NCBI GenBank assembly: GCA_951406725.2
Contig: OX597834.1
Coordinates: 23,622,001-23,686,000 of the forward strand
DNA: 64,000 nt
Origin: Octopus vulgaris
Taxonomy: Eukaryota
Direction of reading: 5' to 3'
A model generated the notes under the pieces. That model was not told the origin of the DNA. It did no database searches and worked only from the letters and a program-made list of their open reading frames with translations. Shown here piece by piece: positions 54,069 to 64,000 of the stretch. The translations under genes and the position numbers were made by a program. Each line of letters starts with the position of its first letter. Positions within the stretch are counted from its first letter, which is position 1.

Positions 54069-54825
54069 GGATCTTTTCCTTTTGAACGGCAGATGTCAAC
54101 ACAATTTCTAGTTAACTAAACACTTTTAAACTTCGTATACCGGTAGAATGTGTTTATAAAACATCATTTTTTCTTGGCTTTATTGAGAAAATTCTATAGT
54201 TTGTAAGATATTTCATCTGAAATTTCGAGCATTTGGAGTGAAAAGATTCCGTGCTGTATGAATATGTCCCTTGTTTAAGAAACAGATTGGGTTTATTTAC
54301 ATTTGCGAAGAAAAAAAAGATACCCTTCCCCCATCCCTAACCCTAATCCTAAAATAGATTGAAATGCAATAGATCGATACTAGGGTCATAATTATGGGTG
54401 ACAATTCCATACGACACCGCTACGGAAAATGGGATTTTTTTCTAGCGGTGTCAAATGAAATGTCACCCATAATTATGACCCTAGTATCGATCTATTGCAT
54501 TTCAATCTATTTTAGGGTTAGGGTCAGGGGTGGGAGAAGGGTATCTTTTTTCTTCGCAAATGTAAATAAACCCAATCTGTTTCTTAAACAAGGGACATAT
54601 TCATACAGCACGGAATCTTTTCACCCCAAATGGAGGTGAGCGATTGGTTAAAATTGCCGAAATGCTCGAAATTTCAGACGAAATATCTTACAAACTATAG
54701 AATTTTCTCAATAAAGCCAAGAAAAAATGATGTTTTAAAAACACATTCTACCAGTATACGAAGTTCAAAAGTGTTTAGTTAACTAGAAATTGTGTTGACA
54801 TCTGCCGTTCAAAAGGAAAAGATCC
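54069..54825. mobile_element. 757-bp foldback MITE, Merlin-like
   Basis: Near-complete palindrome GGATCTTTTCC...GGAAAAGATCC with an 8-bp TSD (atttctta/atttcata) and internal CCCTAA-like repeats. Confidence 0.8.
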
Positions 54826-55354
54826 ATTTCATATGATGTTTAGCGTTAAGACTTTTTGTTAGACCGAAAACGGGTGGTGTACGTATTCTTTATCCCCGCC
54901 AGTATATACATACTTTACGTGAATATAAACATATATACACACACACATATGCATCCCCCCAAACACGGCACACCACTTCAAAGAATCTGCACAGATATAT
55001 AAAAGACTCCGCCGGTTACGACGACGAGGGTCCCAGCTGATACGATCAACGGAACAGCTTGCTCGTGAAATTAACGTGCAAATGGCTGAGCATTCCACAG
55101 ACACGTGTACCCTTAACGTAGTTCTCGGGGATAATCAGCGTGACACAGAGAGTGACAAGGCTGACCCTTTGAAATACAAGTACAACTCATTTTTGCCAGC
55201 TGAGTGGACTGGAGCAACGTGAAATAAAGTGTCTTGCTCAAGGACACAACGCGTCGCCGGGAATCGAACTCACAACCTTACGATCATGAGCCGAATGCCC
55301 TAACCACTAAGCCACGCGCCCTCACACAGATATATATAGACCTCTGAGTGTGTG

Positions 55355-55405
<51 letters not shown>

Positions 55406-55803
55406 ATGTGTGTGTGTGTTTTATTAAAGCATAACACCTAGCAACGCTGTAAATAATGTTGTCGGCAACGCCTGTCCAAAGTCCAAAGACTGCCAATTCA
55501 CATCCTGTTTGGTGTAACCAACAAAAGAATAATAATCTATATTTGAGACCAGCCCTTATCTCTCTCTCTCTCTCTCTCTCTGACACACAACAACAATACC
55601 AGTAATAACATTCACGAGGATATGATTGATAACGGACACTGTCGTGTGTATAATTAGATCCGGGTTCTCATTTCTTGTTTTCTCTATATCTCTTTCCCGC
55701 TCTTTCACATTTCCTTTCTCGGAAAACATTTTCACATGAAATAATTATATTTCCCCCTATTGACGTTTGGGTGGGGCTTTATCACAAATCAGGGAACGTG
55801 AGC

Positions 55804-55820
55804 GTGTGTGTGTGTGTGTG

Positions 55821-55902
<82 letters not shown>

Positions 55903-55930
55903 TGTGTGTGCGTTAGTGCGTGTGTGTGTA
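55804..55930. repeat. (GT)n microsatellite
   Basis: Seen directly. Confidence 0.95.
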
Positions 55931-56365
55931 TTTGACAATCAGAACAATAGCAGAAGATTGTAGAGCGACAAGTGAGGCACTTAATGGAAAAGGAAAGAGA
56001 GAGAGAGATAGAAAACTATCTGAGAAGATCAGTGGCGATAGAGAGAACAATTGTTTCCTTGCTTGAAGTCATGCGGCACTGTTGGGTAAACAGTGTATCT
56101 GGGGTAGAAAGGGACAGATCGGAAATAGCTGTCTGGAAGATAAACCTGCCTTGGTCACTACATTTTGCCAATAGAATGAAACGCGTGCATGCAAGTGCAG
56201 TGATATGTACATACAGATAAAGAGAGGAAGATATTACATACAAACATAACTAGACACTGTGAGAGAGAGAGACAGAGACAGACAAAGAGAGAGACAGACA
56301 GACAAAGAAAGAGAGACAGCGAAAGACAGACCGAGAAACATTGAAACATCTCTTGCCAAATAAGT

Positions 56366-58058
56366 CAATTTCTTTATTAACCATAATGTTGAGAAAAAGA
56401 GGGGACGATACGAGGACAGACAAAACAAACATTGGGGTCAGGGTATCGAATGAGACGAAACGTATGAATAAACAAACAATTAAAATATATACAATTAAAT
56501 GAGAATGAGTGATTTACAAAAATGAAGTGGAGGACGCGGTCGACCCCAAAAACCACATATTCACACTGAAGACTTTGCTTTCTCCTTTTTATATTCTCGT
56601 TTAAACAGGTTCTTTCACTCGCAACATACTTGCTATAGACTTCCATCTTTTACGAAACACACTTTGCGACAGGCATTTCTTCTCCAGCCTTATTTTCCGT
56701 TTCATGTGGAAAACGAAAAAGTCGATTAGCTCGAGACTGGAGATGAACATGCCTGTTGCAATTCCTTTCACTCTCGTCTTCCATGCTACCTCTTTCGCAG
56801 CAGCAACTACCAAGAGAAAACAGGCTCACTCCTTCCTATTCAGGGAGGTCGGCGGAACGATCTTAATTACAGATTCGCTCGACAGTTGTACTCTTCTCGA
56901 ATGCAACAGCGGGTGTTCGACATAAGCCCAAAGCTCAATCACCTTGGGGCATTGTACAATCGCGTGCAGAACAGTTTCAGTGTCCTGCTCACATCTTGCA
57001 CAAACCGGCGAAGGTGCACACCCATGTCTAAAGAGTTTATCTCGAACCGGTAAAGCTCCTCTGTAACATTGCCAGGCCAGAGACTTTTGGTAATTATCCA
57101 TAGGCCCCAGCCCGAATGTTCTCTGGAACAGGTTGGCCAGTTGATCTTCGTCGAAGCCTAGGGTTTCTCCCAGGACGTCGTCACACTCGAACTCTATTAA
57201 CCCTCAATAGAAGAACGAGGTAGTACCCCCGTCACTGGCGTTGCCCAACTGGGAGAGAAGCACGAGTGCCTGATGCCACTCTGCATGCCACACGCCCAAC
57301 CTCGGTCTACACTTGATCCATGGGTTCAGTTTGGTAAACGATGTGAACTATGGAAATAACAGCTTGACGAACGGAGACCACACCTGCTCACCGTCCAGGT
57401 AAAGCCAGAGGTGCCTAAGCCTGAGCGCATGTCTGCGTATTTTTAGCCACGGCATCCCTAGCCCACCCTTTAGCGGCTTTTGGCAGCAGATAGAGCGCCT
57501 TACAAGAGGTCTGCTGCCCCTCCACAAAAAGCGAAAGAGCATGCGTTCCAGCTTGTTTAGCCACGAATCGGAGCAAAGCACGACGATCAGGCGGTAAATG
57601 ATTACAGAGGCGATAAACATCTCTGCAACCTCCGCCCTCCCTTTCAAGGACAGCTTCCGCTCAGACCAGGTCTGAGTGAGGAGAGCTACCTTTCTCGCCA
57701 ACTCGCTCCAATTCTTCTCTATCTGGAGATCTGGACCTAACCAGGCTCCAAACATTTTCATCGGCCCTTCCGTCCAACATCCTACGACACTGTTGGAAGG
57801 CATCAACTTGCCCCTCCAGGTGTCGAGTTGCAAGCCGACCAATTTATCATGATTGATTTTCGCTCCTGCCACCGCTTTGTAATCCCTTAAGGCCTCACCT
57901 ACCCACTGTAGGTGCTCGATCCGGGATACAATGACGGTGATGTCATCTGCATATGCCGAAGTTGACTTCCACCCTCTAGATCTTGCGGAGCGCCCCCTCA
58001 TAGTTTCGAACCTCCTCAGCAATGGCTCGAAGGCCAAAACGTAGAGAAGTGGGGAGAG
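56366..58058 (-). mobile_element. Tx1/L1-clade LINE, 5'-truncated (RT C-half, CCHC knuckle, 3' UTR)
   Basis: LSPLLYVLAFEPL..AYADDIT..GAKIN..GGLGMP and CARCEQDTETVLHAIVQC; ends in AATAAAGAAAT. An older 3' fragment lies at about 38360-38740(-). Confidence 0.9.
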
Positions 58059-58084
58059 AAAATTAAGAAAAAAAGAAAACGAAA

Positions 58085-58349
58085 GGCTAAAGTTTAGGGT
58101 TGGGTTAGGGTTAGTGACAGGATGTTGTCTCAGTTTTAGACGCAGCAAATGATTTTAGCTCAATAGAGGTTATTGATTGGTTAAAATTCGAAAAATTAAA
58201 CTACGTTAAACTTACAAATTACAATTTTCTCAAGAAAGCCAAAAGAAAAAAATGTTTTATTTTGACACATTCTACCAGTATACGAAGTTTAAAAGTGTTT
58301 AGTTAACTAGAAATTGTGTTGAAAACTGCCGTTCAAAAGGAAAAGATCC
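58085..58349. mobile_element. Right arm of a related Merlin-like foldback element
   Basis: Ends ...gccgttcaaaaggaaaagatcc like 54825 and has TTAGGG-like repeats at 58092-58115. A left-end fragment of the family lies at about 59665-59750. Confidence 0.7.
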
Positions 58350-59085
58350 GAGTCCTTAGATCACTTTAAAGACCAGCTGCTGACTGACAGGATTTAAAAC
58401 ACAAGTGACAGATATTATTCAAGCTTCTTCTATATCTTTGCCCATTGCAATCTGACTCTGAAGGAATGTTTTTGTGAGCTAGCATGTGTCTTTTAAGTCC
58501 AGATAGTGTCTTACAAGTTTTGTGACATATGACACAAGTCGTAAGAGGTGGTTGGTGTCCAAGATCGCTACCTATTTAGGCATTTCGCTTTTCAAGTGAC
58601 TTCATATGATTCATGTATCCTGCTTTTGGCAGCAAAACACGATCAGATATAATACATGCCCAATGTTCACTATTGATTTACAGTTCCAATTGTTCCTTTG
58701 CGAAAGGCCCTTTTAAGCTCAGAGTTCTGATTCATCTTTTTGCTCCCAAGCATTGCAACCAGTCCTAACACCACCTCTCCGCTTGTTCCGATCAAGAACA
58801 TCACTTTCCCAATCACTTTTGTTCATATCTAGTTTCTTTAGGTTTTCCTTCATACAGTCTTTATACCTTTTCCTTGGCTTATGTTGTGGTCGTTTACCAG
58901 AGTTGAGCTCACCATACAAAAAACGCTTTAGCAAACGCTTGTCTTTCATTATAATAACATGTGCAGTCCATTTCATGTGAGTCGTCGCAACGTGCCATGC
59001 GCAAAACTTCTGTATCTGGTACGAAACATTCGCACTTGACACCTAAAATACGCCTGAGGCAGTTTTGGTGAAATCTCTCCGGCAT
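58350..59085 (-). mobile_element. RTE/BovB-like LINE fragment with C-terminal C2H2 fingers
   Basis: ERFHQNCLRRILGV..YGELNSGKRPQHKPRKRYKD..CVICHKTCKTLSGLKRHMLAH. Confidence 0.8.
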
Positions 59086-59092
59086 TTTTATG

Positions 59093-59356
59093 ACATACAT
59101 ACATGCATGCATGCATGCATGCATACATACATACATACATACACACGCGCGCGCGCGCATACACACACATACATACATACGTACTTACATACATACATAC
59201 ATACGTACGTACATACATACATACATAGATACATACATACATACATGCATACATACATACATACATACATCATACATACATACATACATACATACATACA
59301 TACATACATACATACATACATCATACATACATACATACATACATACATACACACAC
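59093..59356. repeat. (CATA)n microsatellite
   Basis: Seen directly. Confidence 0.95.
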
Positions 59357-60129
59357 GCACGTCACTTGACGAAATAAAGAAATAACACACACGCACGTCA
59401 CTTGACGAGAAATGGTAACAGGACCCAGTAAAGGTTCGATAGAAACACACAAATACACATACCAACACACACACACGTTAATGTGTGCTTGTAGGAAGAA
59501 GGAGAGAGAAAACAGAAAGAGTACGAATTCTCACTTTTTATAGTTTAAAAAAAAAACAAATTTGAAGATCAAACAGTGTTAATAGTCTAAGGGAGGTAAT
59601 TCTTCAGAAACTAATCTCGGCTTTATGATAAACTGCACAGATTGTAATATAGTGTGCCGCTGCAGGATTTTATCCTTTTGAACAGCAGTTTTCAACACAA
59701 TTTCTAGTTACCCAAGGACTCGTCAAAGGGGTGACTGTGCTGTATGATGGTGTGTGTGTGTGTGTCAAGACGAAGCAATCATCATCATATACGTGTGTGT
59801 GTGTGTGCGAGAAATTATTTTTCCTTCCGTTTTTATCTTTACAAGGTAATTTGTTGTCAGTCAATTACTGATCATAAAGTGAACTTTCTAATCACACAAT
59901 CACACAAAAGACAGATACAAGTTATTAACAGTCAATTATTGCCTTCCACTCTACCACAACTCTCTCTCTCTCTCTCTCCCTCTCTCTTTCTCTAATTTTC
60001 TTTTTTGTTTCGTTTTTAGAAGAAAGAAGGATCACTGAAGTAGGGTTACTCAACAGGGGCCTAGCTCACAGATCAGGGCGCCTCACCAGATTGAGCTGTT
60101 ACTTCTCTGTATTGAGATGCCACAGCTCT

Positions 60130-60370
60130 GTTACTATGGACACGTGATTAGAATATCACAGTAGAGAATTGCAAGACAGATTCTTCAAGTCAAGACAACT
60201 GGTGAGAGACCTTGGGGTAGACCAAAGACGAAATGGTTGGATAATATCCATACCCTGTTAGTCATGATTGGTAATCTATCTAGAAGGTGTGGTTTGCTGG
60301 TTGCTTCTGATAAGAGCCTCTGGAGGAGGTACCTGAAGATTCTACCCTCACAACCCTCCCAGAAATAACG
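60130..60370 (+). mobile_element. RTE 3' fragment
   Basis: YYGHVIRI..GERPWGRPKTKWLDNI. Confidence 0.7.
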
Positions 60371-60516
60371 GGTGGGGAAGATGGACAGACAGATGGGTGG
60401 ATGGATGAGTGTAAGAAGACACTGCAATTGATATTTTATATTTCAAATAGTCATCAAGATATTTCTTGTCTTCAGCCAACCACTTTGAGGAATAAGAAAC
60501 AAGATCCTTTGTCCAA

Positions 60517-60550
<34 letters not shown>

Positions 60551-60724
60551 TCAAAATAAGCAACAAGAATGACTCCGGTAATTTGGTATGATTTGGATAA
60601 CACCATACAGAATTCTGGTGCATCTAAATTAAGTACCATATTCATTTGAATCTAAATTTTTGCTGAACTTATATATATATATAAATATATATAAGAGACT
60701 TGATATAAGAAACTGGAATGACAG

Positions 60725-61272
60725 ACACTTTAGTGTAATCAATAAGACAGACCCTAAAGCCTTCTATAGATTTGCAAATGAGTCTTCTTCAGTATGGTAC
60801 AAGATAGGGCCACTGTTCAAAGAAAATGGCTCACTAGATTGCAGACCCCTACAGGATAGGTGAAATATTGAATGAGCAATATAAAAGTGTTTTCACAAGT
60901 CCATTGGGACACTTGCAAATAACTATGTCTGATGAGTTCTTCAACACCACAGCTCCTGATGAAAGGATGATAGTATCCATGTGAAAGGATGGCAATATCA
61001 AGATAGAGGAAACTGATATAATATCAGCCATTGATTAAATTAACTTAAACTTAGCTACAGGCCCTGATGAATTCCCAACAATCTAAAAAATGCAAAGGGG
61101 CCCTAGAAAAAGTACTGCAGATTCTCTTCTAAAGCTTCCTTGCAAGCAGTAGACTTCCCAGAAAGTTAAAGAAAGGTTTAATGCATCCTATCTATAAAGA
61201 GGGAAGCAGAGCAGATACTAAAAATTATCGGCCTGTCTCTCTAACTGTGTAGGTCAGCAAAGTCATGGAATA
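60725..61272 (+). mobile_element. CR1-group LINE ORF2 fragment
   Basis: DPKAFYRFA..ILNEQYKSVFT..ATGPD..PIYKEG..NYRPVSLT..KVME. Confidence 0.85.
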
Positions 61273-61420
61273 TGGCCAGTAAATTCAGCGGGTAACATCA
61301 ACCTCAGCAGAATTTGAACTCAGAACATAAAGACGAATGAAATGCCACTAAGCATTTTATCAAGTATGTTAACAATTCTGCCAGATTGCTGCCTTCATAA
61401 CTAGTAATACTAATAAGTGT

Positions 61421-61800
61421 GGAGGTGCAATGGCCCAGTGGTTAGGGCAGCGGACTCGCGGTCGTAGGATCGCGGTTTCAATTTCCAGACCGGGCGTTGT
61501 GAGTGTTTATTGAGCGAAAACACCTGAAGCTCCATGAGGCTCCGGCAGGGATGGTGGTGATCCCTGCTGTACTCTTTCACCACAACTTTCTCTCACCCTT
61601 ACTTCCTGTTTCTGTTGTACCTGTATTTCAAAGGGCCGGCCTTGTCACTCTCTGTGTCATGCTGAATATCCCCGAGAACTACGTTAAGGGTACATGTGTC
61701 TGTGGAGTGTTCAACCACTTACACGTTAATTTCACGGGCAGGCTGTTCCATTGATTGGATCAACCGGAACCCTCGTCGTCGTAACCGACGGAGTGCTTCC
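61421..61800 (+). mobile_element. SINE family C, full length
   Basis: 12-bp TSD actaataagtgt. Relatives at 40352-40680, 48440-48760 and 55005-55322(-); alternative-tail copies at 9660-9910(-), 11575-11790 and 32590-32810(-). Confidence 0.85.
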
Positions 61801-62291
61801 ACTAATAAGTGTACTAAGTATAATAGTTACTTAACCATTATACTGGATGCAGACTGAACTATGACAATCTATGTGGAGCCGTGAACTTAACAGTAGCTGT
61901 GGTACATCTATTTGTACACACAAGAGAAGGAAAGAAGGTAGATAAGTAGGTAGGTAGATAGATAGATCTATAGAGATGGACAGATAGAGAGATAGAAACA
62001 CAGACAGATGATGGACAAATAGAGACAGATTGATAGATAGACACACAGACAAACAAACAGATAGATAGTCTTCCTTTGGCATCAAACTACCAAATCTACT
62101 TCAGTAGGCCCAGAGCTATAATAGAAGACACTTGCTCGAGGTGCCAGGCAGTGGGACTGAACCCAAAACTATGTGACTCAGAACCAAACTCGTTAATCAC
62201 ACAGCTACGTCTGTGTCGTCCAATCTTAATAATGGTTTCTTTCTAGTACTTCATCATCTGCTGCCATTAAGATATTTCCGGAAGGACTTAC

Positions 62292-62395
62292 CTTCAGCAG
62301 ACTTTCAATAGATTTCTTCACTTCAATTGAATTGCCATCTTTGATGACACAGCCTGGGAGTTTCCTAATGAACTGGTCAGCTGACAGCCGGGGTT
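62292..62395 (-). CDS. UBXN11: UBXN11 exon (post-SEP region)
   Basis: Polypyrimidine tract with CACAG acceptor and AAG|GTAAGT donor; 104 nt, phase 1 to 0. EPRLSADQFIRKLPGCVIKDGNSIEVKKSIESLLK resembles SRMTAEKFLNRLPKFVIRQGEVIDIR. Confidence 0.92.
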
Positions 62396-63170
62396 CTGTG
62401 GGAGAGAGAAAAAAATAGTTTGGGGACAGTTGGAGGTAAGTCATCAAGTTTTGTCTATTGAAACACACCTACACACTAAGACACTCCATAACACATCAAA
62501 CTCCATCAACATGGACAGTCAGAGTCTGTAGTGTACACTACAATGGACTCTGTGAACTAAACATGCAGTGCACAGTGAACAGTGCAGCAGTGCAACAGTG
62601 AACAGTGCAGCAGGATATAAAGGAATGACAGGGAAAAGAGTAATCAGGGCTGTTGTTACCTTTACTCTTTTACTTGTTTCAGTCATTTGACTGCGGCCAT
62701 GCTGCAGCACCGCCTTTAGTCGAGCAAATCGACCCCAGGACTTATACTTTGTAAGCCCAGTACTTATTCTATCGGTCTCTTTTGCCAAACTGCTAAGTGA
62801 TGGGGACATAAACACACTAGCATCGGTTGTCAAGCCATGCTAGGGGGACAAACACAGACACACAAACACATACATATATATATATATATATATACATATA
62901 TACGACAGGCTTCTTTCAGTTTCCATCTACCAAATCCACTCACAAGGCATTGGTTGGCTCGGGGCTATAGCAGAAGACACTTACCCAAGATGCTATGCAG
63001 TGGGACTGAACCCGGAACCATGTGGTTGGTTAGCAAGCTACTTACCACACAGCCACTCCTGCGCCTTGTAGAACAGTATCATATTGGAGAGTAATGTGGA
63101 GAGGCATACAAGACAGTGTTATACTGTGGTTTAGTGTAACATGTGATAAAGGACTGAAAGGTGAACTTAC

Positions 63171-63330
63171 CATGAGGCTGTGTCATGTGTTGGAGAGAAG
63201 AAGCTGATCTTAGAGTTCTATGAGTATGTAAACATGGAGTATCATTTTTCGTGCCATTCAGGAGCTGTCCAATCCCAGGGAAAGCACTGGACGGCTGCAT
63301 AGTGTATTCTATATTCCTGTTGTCTATGAC
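63171..63330 (-). CDS. UBXN11: UBXN11 exon (end of SEP domain and SHP-box-like FPGxG motif)
   Basis: AAG acceptor and G|GTAAGT donor; 160 nt, phase 0 to 1. VIDNRNIEYTMQPSSAFPGIGQLLNG resembles VSDLRNQVY...FPGEGRVVG. Upstream exons lie beyond 64000. Confidence 0.88.
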
Positions 63331-63583
63331 CTTTCAAACAAGAGAAGAGAAGCAGAGAGTAAGAATTGGAGTTACAAGAGAACGGGTTCAACCAGAGGGG
63401 GACATTGACTGAGTTCCCTACTTCAACAGACCTTCTTCCCTAACCTAAGTTACTCTGATCCCTAATTGCATCCTCTACCTGAAGATTTTACCTTCAAAGA
63501 ACATTTAGTTCTACATTTTCTTTAGAACTAGAAGTCTAATTTTGTTATAAATTGTGTTTCTTCAAACTCTTCAGCTATATATA

Positions 63584-63810
63584 CAGGGTTGGCCAAAAGT
63601 CACCTGACAGTAAATCAAAACCATTTAATTCCAAGATTTGTTTATGTTAACTGAATGAACTTAATAAAAGCGTCTAAATATGAAACATCATGAAAATTGT
63701 TCAAACTGAAGTTCTTGAGTGACACATTTTTTGCATTCCAGTCAATACAGGATTACAAATAGCATTTATGGAATTTTGATTTACTGTCCAGTGACTTTTG
63801 GCCAGCCCTA
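63584..63810. mobile_element. Tc1/mariner-type MITE
   Basis: TA|CAGGGTTGGCCAAAAGTCAC...GTGACTTTTGGCCAGCCCTA with TIRs of about 33 bp. Confidence 0.75.
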
Positions 63811-64000
63811 TATATATATATATCAACCCCGTTGCTTGCGAAGACATGTTGGGGAAATCGAAATCGAAATCGAATTGAACCAGCCAGGATCCCTGGTCTG
63901 GTGGTACATAAAAAGCACTATCCGACTCGTGGCGTAAAAAGCACTATCCGACTCGTGGCCGATGCCAGCTCCGCCTCGTCTGGCTTCCGTGCCGGTGGCA

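Noticed and set aside
57348-58148. 266-aa ORF as a host gene
   Set aside because: It is chimeric: the N-terminus comes from a MITE arm and the rest is a truncated Tx1 reverse transcriptase with downstream stops.
61421-61495. tRNA gene (also the heads at 1342, 13564 and 21485-21557)
   Set aside because: The A and B boxes continue into SINE bodies, some with TSDs, and no complete acceptor stem is evident.
61836-61907. Possible extra UBXN11 exon after a polypyrimidine tract and TAG
   Set aside because: There is a stop in the required frame and the donor is weak.

Overview
AT-rich, microsatellite- and SINE-dense eukaryotic DNA, most likely from an octopus or related coleoid cephalopod (inferred from the repeat landscape, not verified). 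Two spliced genes lie on the minus strand. (1) The first three coding exons of a p67phox (NCF2)/NOXA1-family NADPH-oxidase activator (23396-23584, 3259-3341, 1194-1302; intron 1 about 20 kb); its predicted Rac-binding residues look substituted. (2) The last five coding exons of UBXN11 (63171-63330, 62292-62395, 50253-50317, 41512-41655, 37753-37894). All splice phases are mutually consistent. The rest is mobile DNA: three tRNA-derived SINE families; RTE, CR1, Tx1/L1, R4/Dong and CRE non-LTR fragments; a mariner pseudogene; piggyBac-, pogo-, Tc1- and Merlin-like MITEs; and mini- and microsatellites. The most notable non-obvious signals are: at least five distinct families of minimal hammerhead ribozymes, mostly in Penelope-like ends, including a 343-bp palindrome with a hammerhead on each strand and a possible cleavage-site-to-cleavage-site monomer; a SINE family sharing its 3' tail with a Tx1 LINE; telomere-repeat-bearing foldback MITEs; and a triplicated non-coding unit in intron 1 of the p67phox-like gene. 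All calls are by eye and repeat boundaries are approximate.
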